A DNA stretch of 64,000 nucleotides. It comes from Candidatus Peribacteria bacterium. GTDB taxonomy: Bacteria > Patescibacteriota > Gracilibacteria > UBA1369 > UBA12463. The stretch covers positions 1,078 to 65,077 of the forward strand of contig CALREA010000002.1 of NCBI GenBank assembly GCA_943355055.1, given 5' to 3'. The notes beneath the pieces are model-generated. The model did no database searches and had not been told where the DNA came from. It was given only the letters and a program-made list of their open reading frames with translations. This document shows, in pieces, positions 26,191 to 34,616 of the stretch; position 1 is the stretch's first letter; every line of letters starts with the position of its first letter. The position numbers and the translations under genes were made by a program.

Positions 26191-27204
26191 TTATTTTGTT
26201 ATGGTCAGAATGAGCTTCTCTAGCTGCAGCATGAGCATATGTTTATCATTTGGTCCCTGAGGAATTTTTCCATTTTTTAAATCTAAATTTAACTCTAGCA
26301 GTGCTCCATAAATCATCTTCATCTGATCCAAGTTAAATTTCGACGATTGATCGACGGCTAGTTTCACTGGATACGGCTTGATTGCTGGATCATATGTCGC
26401 CATTTTTCCGTGAATCTGGGACTTAGGAATATGCTGATTATCGAGCAAATCTTTTACCAAAATCAACAACCGGAAGTGACGCGCTATCATACCTAGAATG
26501 GGCAACACCTCCTCGCCCATATCAATCAACGTCTGCAGCTTCTGCATCGCCTGCCGAGGGTCTTTCAGATTCAATGCATCGGTAAATTGAAAGATTGTAG
26601 CGGAATAACTCTTCGAAATTAATAGATCCAGATCCGTTCCCGTCACCGCTCGATTTTCGCAGTAAAGGGCCAATTTATCAACCTCATTACTAATCGTCTG
26701 CATATCGCCACCGGTATGTTCAATGATCTCCGTGCACAGCGCCGACGAGATCGTCACATTATTTTTCTGCAATCTATTCACGATCCACGTGGTCAATTCT
26801 TGCGGAGAAGGTTCATTGAAATGCTTCACATTGGCCCGCACCTCCAGCGTCTTTTTCAGCGTACTCTTCGGCCTCTTGCGCGTCTCCACATTCGGATTTT
26901 CATAGAAGAGCGCAATCGACGAGTCCGGAATCTCATCCAAAAACTTCTCAATCTTGTCCTGATCATCACTATCCCCGAGCCTCAGGAAATTTTTTATAAT
27001 AACCAACCTTTTCTCTCCGAGAAAAGGTGCGGCCTTCAACGCCCCCAGAATCGACTTCGCCGTCAGCTCCTCCTCGTTATCCAGAATCGTAATATTCAGG
27101 TCGCCATGCTTCCCCGTGAAGTCACTCTTCAGCTTCTCCAGCGTCCTCTCCGCCAGATATGTATTCTCACCAGTAAACAGCAGCACATTCGTATAGGTTT
27201 CCAT
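26191..27204 (-). CDS. holA: DNA polymerase III delta subunit
   Basis: L.F.GE..Y, PFLGEKRLVII, NEVDKLALY and IFQFTDA motifs. Confidence 0.9.
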   Translation of the reverse strand: METYTNVLLFTGENTYLAERTLEKLKSDFTGKHGDLNITILDNEEELTAKSILGALKAAPFLGEKRLVIIKNFLRLGDSDDQDKIEKFLDEIPDSSIALFYENPNVETRKRPKSTLKKTLEVRANVKHFNEPSPQELTTWIVNRLQKNNVTISSALCTEIIEHTGGDMQTISNEVDKLALYCENRAVTGTDLDLLISKSYSATIFQFTDALNLKDPRQAMQKLQTLIDMGEEVLPILGMIARHFRLLILVKDLLDNQHIPKSQIHGKMATYDPAIKPYPVKLAVDQSSKFNLDQMKMIYGALLELNLDLKNGKIPQGPNDKHMLMLQLEKLILTITK

Positions 27205-27282
27205 GCTGCGAGTATAGACAGATGTCGAAGGAAATTACAACTTTTCCGAGGGCTTAGTTTTCTCCTGGCGCAACGCAATGTT

Positions 27283-27891
27283 TCAATTATTTAGGTTGTG
27301 AATTGCACGAATGTCTTCAATGAATTTCTCTAAGAGATCTGGAAGATCTTTCCTTTTTGTAGTTCTGAATTCAGTCATTAAATGCTCACAACGAGCTTTG
27401 ATTCTAATACTTTGAATGTGTTTATTCTCGATATATGTTCCCAGTCTGTCCATCATTTGCCATGTATTAAATTTACACTTGTCATCTGACATTCCTCTCA
27501 TTCGCAGCCCATCATCTTCAGTTTGTTCAGAATGGTAATTGGAGTTTGGTACTTTCATTAAATTCTGCTCGCTACAAAACTGTTCCTTATCCTTATCTGG
27601 GAGATGGGGAGTGTATTCTTTGATCACTTCATGATTTCTTTCTATAGCTCTTAAAAGCACGGCAGGAGTTTCTATCTCTCCATTAAAAAGATTAATTTCG
27701 TCATTTATATCATTTACTATGCGCAGTACCTTATCTACAAGCTTTCTCTTCATTTGCTCCAGATGTCCCGATAGCGTATCAATTACACGATTGAGTGTCC
27801 TTCTCATGATTGTGCTGATTCTCTCAGATGGCCCCGTTTGCACTAATGTCTCCTTGTTACTGCGTGTCTCTGGTTTATCAATTTTTCCCAT
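27283..27891 (-). CDS. Orphan hypothetical protein (AT-rich)
   Basis: 202-aa ORF, visibly lower GC than its flanks; no motif recognised. Confidence 0.65.
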   Translation of the reverse strand: MGKIDKPETRSNKETLVQTGPSERISTIMRRTLNRVIDTLSGHLEQMKRKLVDKVLRIVNDINDEINLFNGEIETPAVLLRAIERNHEVIKEYTPHLPDKDKEQFCSEQNLMKVPNSNYHSEQTEDDGLRMRGMSDDKCKFNTWQMMDRLGTYIENKHIQSIRIKARCEHLMTEFRTTKRKDLPDLLEKFIEDIRAIHNLNN

Positions 27892-28060
27892 CTAAGAGTG
27901 TTGTTATAAAGCAAGATGCCATTATAAGGTGAAAAGCTTGTTTTGTCAATTTGCAACTTTGAGCTAACGAAATAAGCCGCTTATTCACTGTCGTTCTGCA
28001 CGGCTCTTGTGATCATGATTTCTACTTCCCACCCCTCCTATTTTCCTCTAAACTAGGCTC

Positions 28061-28720
28061 GTGAAATTACCTGCGATTATTGTCAATTTTAAGGCGTATG
28101 AGGCGGCGACGGGGCCGGCGGCGGTTGTGCTGGCGAGGCTGCATGGTGCGGTTTTGGGCGGGACTGGGGCGTCGATTGGCGTAGCGGTGAATATGTTGGA
28201 TGTGGGGGCGGTTTTGAGTGAGTTTAGCGGACCGGTGTTTGCGCAACATGTGGATCCGGTGGATTTTGGGAGTAGGACGGGACATGTACCTGCCATTGCG
28301 GTGAAGCGTGCGGGAGTGCATGGGACGTTGCTGAATCATGCCGAGAGGAGGCTTAGTTCAGATGTCCTGAAAGAAACGATTCATGTGTGTCGTGAGGTTG
28401 GGTTGTATACGCTCGTGTGTGCGGAGAGTCCTGAGAAGGTGGCGGAGATTGTGGGATATGGACCGGATGCGATTGCGTATGAGCCGCCGGAGTTGATTGG
28501 AGGGAACGTGTCGGTGTCGAGTGCGCAGCCGGAGGTGATTCGTAGCGTGGTTGGGATTGCGGGGTCGATTCCATTGCTCGTGGGTGCGGGTGTGAAAAAT
28601 GAAAATGATGTAAGGGTGGCGCTGAGTCTTGGGGCGCAAGGGGTCCTTTTGGCTTCCGGTGTGGTTCTCTCACCCGAGCCGGAAAAGGTGCTGTATAATC
28701 TCGTAGAAGGGCTTTCTTAG
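28061..28720 (+). CDS. tpiA: Triosephosphate isomerase, short archaeal-type
   Basis: NFKAY, NHAE, YEPPELIG, VGAGV and LLASGVV motifs; 219 aa. Confidence 0.93.
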   Translation: MKLPAIIVNFKAYEAATGPAAVVLARLHGAVLGGTGASIGVAVNMLDVGAVLSEFSGPVFAQHVDPVDFGSRTGHVPAIAVKRAGVHGTLLNHAERRLSSDVLKETIHVCREVGLYTLVCAESPEKVAEIVGYGPDAIAYEPPELIGGNVSVSSAQPEVIRSVVGIAGSIPLLVGAGVKNENDVRVALSLGAQGVLLASGVVLSPEPEKVLYNLVEGLS

Positions 28721-28745
28721 TTTTTTATTATTACAAAATATTAAT

Positions 28746-29336
28746 ATGCAATTACAACTTTTCTGTGAGGGTGTCAATTTGATGGATCAGGAGAAGGAGT
28801 ACATTACGAAGAAAATTCTTCATCTTGAGAAGTATGCTCATGAGCTGATTGAAGAGTCTTCTTCTGTTCGAGTGGATGTTCGGTACAATAAATTGAAGCA
28901 CTTAGGAAAGCTTTTTCTCGTTCAGGTAACACTTTTTGTACATCCGTCGATTTTACGAGCAGAGGAAAGCGGCACGACATTGGAAGAAGCGGTTGATTTG
29001 GTCGAGGAGAAGTTACAGAAGCAGGTTGAAAGGTACAAAGGAAAGCACCATCGACGCGGGAAGGGTGGTGAGTGGATTCCGGAGTCAACGCTGGAGCAGC
29101 TTACCCATGCGCAGAATGAGGCTCCGCTGTCTGTGACGAAGATTATGAAACGAAAAAAACTCAACGGCCTTCAGACGATGCATGAAGATGAGGCGATTGA
29201 GCAGCTTGAGCTGATTGGCCATGATTTCTTTATTTTTCACGATAAGGATACGGCTCTTATTTCAGTCGCATACAAGCGGAAGGATGATACGTATGGCGTG
29301 ATTGAGGTGGAGAAATTTGAACATAAAAAATGGTAG
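28746..29336 (+). CDS. hpf: Long ribosome hibernation promoting factor
   Basis: LRAEE..AVD..EKL..Q..RYK; C-terminal M..DEAIEQLEL.GHDFFIF..V.YKR.D..YG. Confidence 0.92.
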   Translation: MQLQLFCEGVNLMDQEKEYITKKILHLEKYAHELIEESSSVRVDVRYNKLKHLGKLFLVQVTLFVHPSILRAEESGTTLEEAVDLVEEKLQKQVERYKGKHHRRGKGGEWIPESTLEQLTHAQNEAPLSVTKIMKRKKLNGLQTMHEDEAIEQLELIGHDFFIFHDKDTALISVAYKRKDDTYGVIEVEKFEHKKW

Positions 29337-29354
29337 TTTTTTAGGAACTTCTCT

Positions 29355-30827
29355 ATGTTGTCCTTTTGGTCATTTTCGCTTCTTCATCAACTCCTGATTC
29401 CGGGAATTATTTTGTTCCTGTGGGGAATTGTTTCATGGGGATGGCCGGTAGTGTCTGTGATTTTATTGTCGGCGTTTTTTCCATTCTATTTCGGTCCGGT
29501 GAAATTTACGATCTATGGGGTACCATTTACGTTGATTGAGTGGATGATTTACGTGAGTTTCTTGGTGTATATATTTCGTAGTTTTTTGTCGTGGAGGCGA
29601 TTGAGAGAGGGGGTTATGTATAATGTAAAAAAGGGTTTCGGAATACTCTCTCAAAAGCATTCTTCTCATCATGGCTGGAAGCGATCATTGTGGACACCGA
29701 TTGTTTTTATTTTGATCGGATTATTGTTACCGTTGATATCCTCTTTTTTTGAAGAATCTTCATTGGCGGGAATAGATCGTCATATATTGCTTGGAATTTT
29801 GAAAGGATGGTTTATCGCTCCGCTGATGTATTTTTATTTGATGCAGCATGTATTACCGGGATTGAAGGCGATTCGAAGATGTTTTGAATGGTATACTATT
29901 TCGGCGGTTTTTTTGAGTCTCTGGGGTATTGCTCAGTTTGTTTTGCATTTCGTTACTACCCCTGATGGCCGAGTTTCCGGACCGTTTGAATCGGCTAATT
30001 ATTTGGCATTATATATCATGCCGGCGGCAGTTTTTGTATCGATGAGACTCTGGTATATTTTTAGCGTTCCGCGTGAGTACCATGGGTTGATCGGTCTTTT
30101 TCGAAAAATTTTCCATGTGGATGACGCACTTTCTCCGGCTGTACTGATTCGATATGGATTGTTCGGTGTTATTCTGCTTGTCGCCTTGTATCTTACTCGA
30201 TCTTTTGGTGCTTTTCTCGGGCTTTTTGGATCGTTATTCGGCTATGGCATTTATCACTTTTTCTTTTCGTATTGGAAAGTTCCTTTCAGAAAGGCGATGT
30301 TGTGGTGTGCGGTTGTTTTTGTAGGTTTGGCCGTGATGGGAGGAATCTTTTTTGTAACGGGAGATAGAGGAAAGTTCAATCAGGCATTTAATGTTGCGAG
30401 TAGATCTTCGTCATCAGTGAGGTTGCAGGTGTGGACAGTGGCGGGGGAGTTGATCGAGAGGAACTTTTTCTTAGGTATTGGCGCGGGACAGTTTGAACGA
30501 TTGTACGCGCGAGATGCTTCAACGATTTTGGGGCATGAGCCCTATGAGAAGACGATGCTTCATCCTCATAATATTTTCTTGATGTATTGGTTGTCGTCTG
30601 GGTTGGTTGGGTTGGTTGGGTTTGTTTGGTTGTTGGTACTTTTGTTTGTGGGAATTGCGAGAATGCCGCGGCACGATGGAGTGAAGCGAATGGCATTAGT
30701 CTGTCTGACAATGTTGGTCGCGATTTTGCTGCATGGATTGGTTGATACTCCAATATGGAAGAATGATTTAGCTTTGGAATTTTGGATGATTGTCGGAGCG
30801 TTGGCGTCTTTGCGAAAGTTGGTTTAA
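29355..30827 (+). CDS. O-antigen ligase-family membrane protein
   Basis: Multi-TM; R..GPF.SANYLA, LT.S.G, R..VW, GIG.G.F and HPHN motifs. Confidence 0.85.
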   Translation: MLSFWSFSLLHQLLIPGIILFLWGIVSWGWPVVSVILLSAFFPFYFGPVKFTIYGVPFTLIEWMIYVSFLVYIFRSFLSWRRLREGVMYNVKKGFGILSQKHSSHHGWKRSLWTPIVFILIGLLLPLISSFFEESSLAGIDRHILLGILKGWFIAPLMYFYLMQHVLPGLKAIRRCFEWYTISAVFLSLWGIAQFVLHFVTTPDGRVSGPFESANYLALYIMPAAVFVSMRLWYIFSVPREYHGLIGLFRKIFHVDDALSPAVLIRYGLFGVILLVALYLTRSFGAFLGLFGSLFGYGIYHFFFSYWKVPFRKAMLWCAVVFVGLAVMGGIFFVTGDRGKFNQAFNVASRSSSSVRLQVWTVAGELIERNFFLGIGAGQFERLYARDASTILGHEPYEKTMLHPHNIFLMYWLSSGLVGLVGFVWLLVLLFVGIARMPRHDGVKRMALVCLTMLVAILLHGLVDTPIWKNDLALEFWMIVGALASLRKLV

Positions 30828-30836
30828 TCTGTGCGC

Positions 30837-32522
30837 ATGAAATTTAGAAGTCGTGTTATTTCGGGTATGAGTATTGGGCACAAGATTGGGTTCCCCACGA
30901 TCAATGTGGAGGCGCCGGATTTGGGTGAGGATATGAAAGTTGGAGTGTATGCGGTTCGGGCGCGGGCGGTGGATCCTGAATTTGCCGAGTTGTTGCCGTG
31001 GTCGCCCGCGCTCATGCATTACGGTCCCAAACCTACCTTCGATGTTATAAAAATATACTGTGAGATTCATTTCCTGAGCTATCCTATTGAGGGCACACCC
31101 AAAGAATTAGAAGTTGAAATCAAAGGTCATATTCGTGGAGTGTCCAAATTCGACGGTCCGGAAAGTCTCGTTGCTCAGATGAATCGCGACAAAGTTTTTG
31201 CTCAAGAACGCTTTTTCCCTCAGACAAAGGCCATAAAAACATCTCTCTATTCTTCACTTCTCCTGACCTATCACAAATTGAAGGCGATGGTTGCCGCATA
31301 CTACTATGGATTTCCCGCACGCAAACTTCGTGTCATTGGTGTGACCGGAACAAACGGCAAGACGACCGTAGTGAATTTGATTACGAATGTACTTGTAGCG
31401 AGTGGAAAGAAGGTCGGCATGACCTCTACGGTAAATTTTCGATTGGGCGACAAAACATGGATGAATGCAACGAAAATGTCTACACAGAGCCCTTTTTTCA
31501 TTCAGAAATTTTTAAAACAGATGGTTGAAGAGGGATGTACGCATGCTGTTTTGGAAGTTACGTCGCACGCGCTCGTGCAGTCGCGAACGTGGGGTGTTGA
31601 TTTTGATACCGTATTACTTACCAATGTCACCGGAGATCATATTGAGTATCATGGCGGTTTTGCGGAGTATCAGGAGGCTAAATCACTTTTGTTTAAAAAT
31701 CTTCTCGCTGGTCCACGAAAATCAGAGCGCGAACGTGTGTCTATTCTGAATGCTGACGATGCGAGTTTTATTGCCTTTGACCGGATTCCTTCGGAGAAAA
31801 AAATGACCTATGGATTACAGTCAGGCACATGCTTTGCGAGTGATGTGAAATTAGGGGCGGAAGGAACCGATTTTATGCTCCATACTCCTGCAGGCGAGAT
31901 TGGCCTCCGTATGAATTTACCGGGCGTTCCCAATGTGTATAATGCGCTTTCTGTGGCGTGTGTTGCTTTGAGTGAAAATATTTCTTTGAATATTTTGAAA
32001 AAAGTTTTTGCTGAGACGGAGCCTGTTCCTGGCAGATATGAGCTCGTTCGGGAGGGTCAACCTTTTCACGTGGTTGTGGATTATGCGCACAATATTGATG
32101 CCATTAATGGCGTGTTAACGATGTATTCGGAGATCACGAAATCAATCGGTTCGAAATTGATTGTCGTGTTTGGAGCGACCGGAGGTGGCAGAGACAAGGC
32201 AAAAAGGCCTGTTATTGGAAAACTTCTGGATCAGTATAGTGATGTTCTTGTTTTGACGAGTGATGATCCGTATGAAGAAGATGAGTGGGAGATTATCACG
32301 ATGGTAAGCGAGGGCGTGACTCGCAACGAGGGCGAGAGGTACTGGAAAATTCCATCTCGCCGTGAGGCGATTCGTACTGCGCTTTTCGTGGCTGAAAAGA
32401 ATGATATCGTCTTGATTGCCGGTAAGGGTGCCGAGCCGGTTCAGATGATTTATGGTCAGCGCAGGGATTGGGATGATAGGAAGGTGGTGAGGGAAGTACT
32501 TTCTATGCCGCCGAAAACTTGA
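30837..32522 (+). CDS. murE: Fusion of riboflavin kinase domain (N-terminal ~130 aa) and MurE amino-acid ligase
   Basis: G..IGFPTIN, GVYA, GPKPTF, EIH, IRG..KF..L..Q..D (flavokinase), then GVTGTNGKTT, EVTSH, DH..YH, GR.E, VDYAH, AGKG.E (MurE) in one uninterrupted frame. Confidence 0.9.
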   Translation: MKFRSRVISGMSIGHKIGFPTINVEAPDLGEDMKVGVYAVRARAVDPEFAELLPWSPALMHYGPKPTFDVIKIYCEIHFLSYPIEGTPKELEVEIKGHIRGVSKFDGPESLVAQMNRDKVFAQERFFPQTKAIKTSLYSSLLLTYHKLKAMVAAYYYGFPARKLRVIGVTGTNGKTTVVNLITNVLVASGKKVGMTSTVNFRLGDKTWMNATKMSTQSPFFIQKFLKQMVEEGCTHAVLEVTSHALVQSRTWGVDFDTVLLTNVTGDHIEYHGGFAEYQEAKSLLFKNLLAGPRKSERERVSILNADDASFIAFDRIPSEKKMTYGLQSGTCFASDVKLGAEGTDFMLHTPAGEIGLRMNLPGVPNVYNALSVACVALSENISLNILKKVFAETEPVPGRYELVREGQPFHVVVDYAHNIDAINGVLTMYSEITKSIGSKLIVVFGATGGGRDKAKRPVIGKLLDQYSDVLVLTSDDPYEEDEWEIITMVSEGVTRNEGERYWKIPSRREAIRTALFVAEKNDIVLIAGKGAEPVQMIYGQRRDWDDRKVVREVLSMPPKT

Positions 32523-32527
32523 CAAAA

Positions 32528-32549
32528 TTTTCCGACCCGGGTCGGAAAA
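32528..32549. repeat. Perfect 22-bp intergenic palindrome
   Basis: ttttccgacccgggtcggaaaa is its own reverse complement. Confidence 0.9.
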
Positions 32550-32597
32550 AAGTCTTGATTTTTCTTATGTATAAGCCATTTTATTTTTTATATTTCC

Positions 32598-33536
32598 TTG
32601 AGTCATCCCCATACAAATTCCAGTTCGACCAATGATTCCCACATTAGTGGATTCCTCGTTATAGATAAGCCATTTGGAGTGACCTCTTTCGATATCGTCT
32701 CGATGTGTCGGAAGGTATTTCAGACGAAAAAAGTGGGACATAGCGGGACACTGGATCCTTTTGCTACCGGATTGCTTATTATTGCGTTTGGAGAGGCACT
32801 CAAGTTGTTGGAATTTCTTCCTGCCACTCCGAAAATTTATACAGGTGAGGGTGTGTTTGGTGCGACCTCTGATACCCTGGATCGAGAAGGAGTGATTGTG
32901 CAGCAGTATGACGACGAGATCGTACGCAAGAAGGTGAGTCGTGAGCTTATTGAAAAAACGATATATCAGAACCTCCTCGGGAAGATTTTTCAGACGCCGC
33001 CGAAATATTCCGCTATCAAGATCGCCGGTGTTTCGGCGCATTATCGTGCACGCAGAGGTGAAAATATTGTTATGAAGCCTCGTCCTGCTGAGGTTTTTTT
33101 CTTTGATATTCCGACTTTTGATCCTCCGAATTTTATGTTTACCTGCTCTGTCGGTTCCGGAACGTATGTGCGAAGCTTAATTGATACGCTTGGTGAGCTC
33201 TTGGATGTTGGGGCTCATGTGGGTAGTTTGCGACGTGAGTCGATTGGGCCATTTTCGATAAAAAATGCACATACTATAGAGGAGCTTTCTCAACCCGACG
33301 TGAATGTTTCTACGTTTCTCCTTCCGCTCGAGGCAGGTGTATCAGAGCTTCAGCGAGTTGATATTTCCAGAGAGGATTATGTGCGCCTTGAGCATGGATT
33401 GCAGATTCATTTTCCGCCACAAATTGATTCAACGCTCGGAGTATATGCGGCTTTTTTGCATGAAATATGCGTGGGTGTGCTTGAAGTCACCTCTGATAAT
33501 GCGCTAAAATTCAAGAAGTTGCTCCATCGAACGTAA
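32598..33536 (+). CDS. truB: tRNA pseudouridine(55) synthase
   Basis: DKP.G.TS, KVGHSGTLDPFATGLL, Q.PP.YSAIK and GTYVRSL motifs. Confidence 0.96.
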   Translation: MSHPHTNSSSTNDSHISGFLVIDKPFGVTSFDIVSMCRKVFQTKKVGHSGTLDPFATGLLIIAFGEALKLLEFLPATPKIYTGEGVFGATSDTLDREGVIVQQYDDEIVRKKVSRELIEKTIYQNLLGKIFQTPPKYSAIKIAGVSAHYRARRGENIVMKPRPAEVFFFDIPTFDPPNFMFTCSVGSGTYVRSLIDTLGELLDVGAHVGSLRRESIGPFSIKNAHTIEELSQPDVNVSTFLLPLEAGVSELQRVDISREDYVRLEHGLQIHFPPQIDSTLGVYAAFLHEICVGVLEVTSDNALKFKKLLHRT

Positions 33537-33543
33537 TATATTT

Positions 33544-34605
33544 ATGAATTTTCTCTCTTTCTTTTCATCATCTTTTTTACTCGCCGGATTCACCGGATTT
33601 GTACTGACGTTTGTTTTGGTACTTGCGGCACTGCAATTTTTTCCGAAATTAAAGCTTATGGATCGGCCTGAGCGGTATGGACTTACGAGGGCGGCTATTC
33701 CGTATTACGGGGGAGTCACTATGTTCATTGTTTTTTTGATTTGTGTGTTTTTGTTTATACCTCTTACGAAACCTTTTATTGGAGTTCTCACTGCTTTGAT
33801 ACTCATTGTCGGTATGAGTTTTGCGGATGATCGATGGATGCTTCCGGCGAAATTTCGCTTGGTGGGTCAGGTGCTTGCCGCGCTCGTCGTCGTCGTTTCA
33901 GGTGTGGGGATTCGTTCCCTGACCAGTCCGTTTGGGGGAGTTGTTTTGCTTGATCAGATTCAGTTTTCTTTTTTTGGAAGTGAAATCCTCCTTCTTGGCG
34001 CCATATTCACCATTCTCTGGATTGTATTCGTAGTGAATAGTATGAATTTTTTCGATGGGGTTCCGGGGCTTTTGAGTGGGGTGTCGTGTTTGGCATTTTT
34101 CGTGCTTTGTCTCTTGAGTTTGCGAGCAGGACAGGTGATTGATCAGACGCAGCTGATTTATATGAGTGCCATCTTGGCGGGTGTTACCGGGGCCTTTCTG
34201 ATTTTTGATTTTCCCACGCCGAAAATATTGATGGGGGATACGGGGAGTATGTTTCTGGGGTTCCTGCTTGCGGTTTCGGCGATTTTCTCCGGAGGGAAGG
34301 TGGCGACGGTACTGATCGTCCTGGGATTTCCGCTTTTGGACGCGCTTTGGTCGATTATGCGGCGGGTTCTGAGCGGGCAATCGCCGTTCAAAGGTGATCT
34401 GAACCATCTCCATCATAAACTCCTCAGGAGCGGCTACAATGAGAGACAGGTTGTGTTTATCATGTATAGTGTTTCGGCTTTCTTTGGAGGCCTTACTCTC
34501 TTCCTGACCTCATTTCAAAAGATGATTGCCGTTGGCGCAATAGTCTTTGCTATGATTTTGCTTAGTATTCTGCTATTTTTTCGGCGTAGACGAGCTAGTG
34601 CGTAA
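33544..34605 (+). CDS. MraY/WecA/TagO-family undecaprenyl-phosphate GlcNAc-1-P transferase
   Basis: P..GG, DD, NSMNFFDG.PGL, ILMGDTGS and D..HLHH motifs. Confidence 0.9.
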   Translation: MNFLSFFSSSFLLAGFTGFVLTFVLVLAALQFFPKLKLMDRPERYGLTRAAIPYYGGVTMFIVFLICVFLFIPLTKPFIGVLTALILIVGMSFADDRWMLPAKFRLVGQVLAALVVVVSGVGIRSLTSPFGGVVLLDQIQFSFFGSEILLLGAIFTILWIVFVVNSMNFFDGVPGLLSGVSCLAFFVLCLLSLRAGQVIDQTQLIYMSAILAGVTGAFLIFDFPTPKILMGDTGSMFLGFLLAVSAIFSGGKVATVLIVLGFPLLDALWSIMRRVLSGQSPFKGDLNHLHHKLLRSGYNERQVVFIMYSVSAFFGGLTLFLTSFQKMIAVGAIVFAMILLSILLFFRRRRASA

Positions 34606-34616
34606 CATACCCATTC

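Noticed and set aside
26716-28673. Long antisense ORFs over holA and tpiA, and similar shadow ORFs elsewhere
   Set aside because: They lie opposite well-supported genes and are explained by codon bias.
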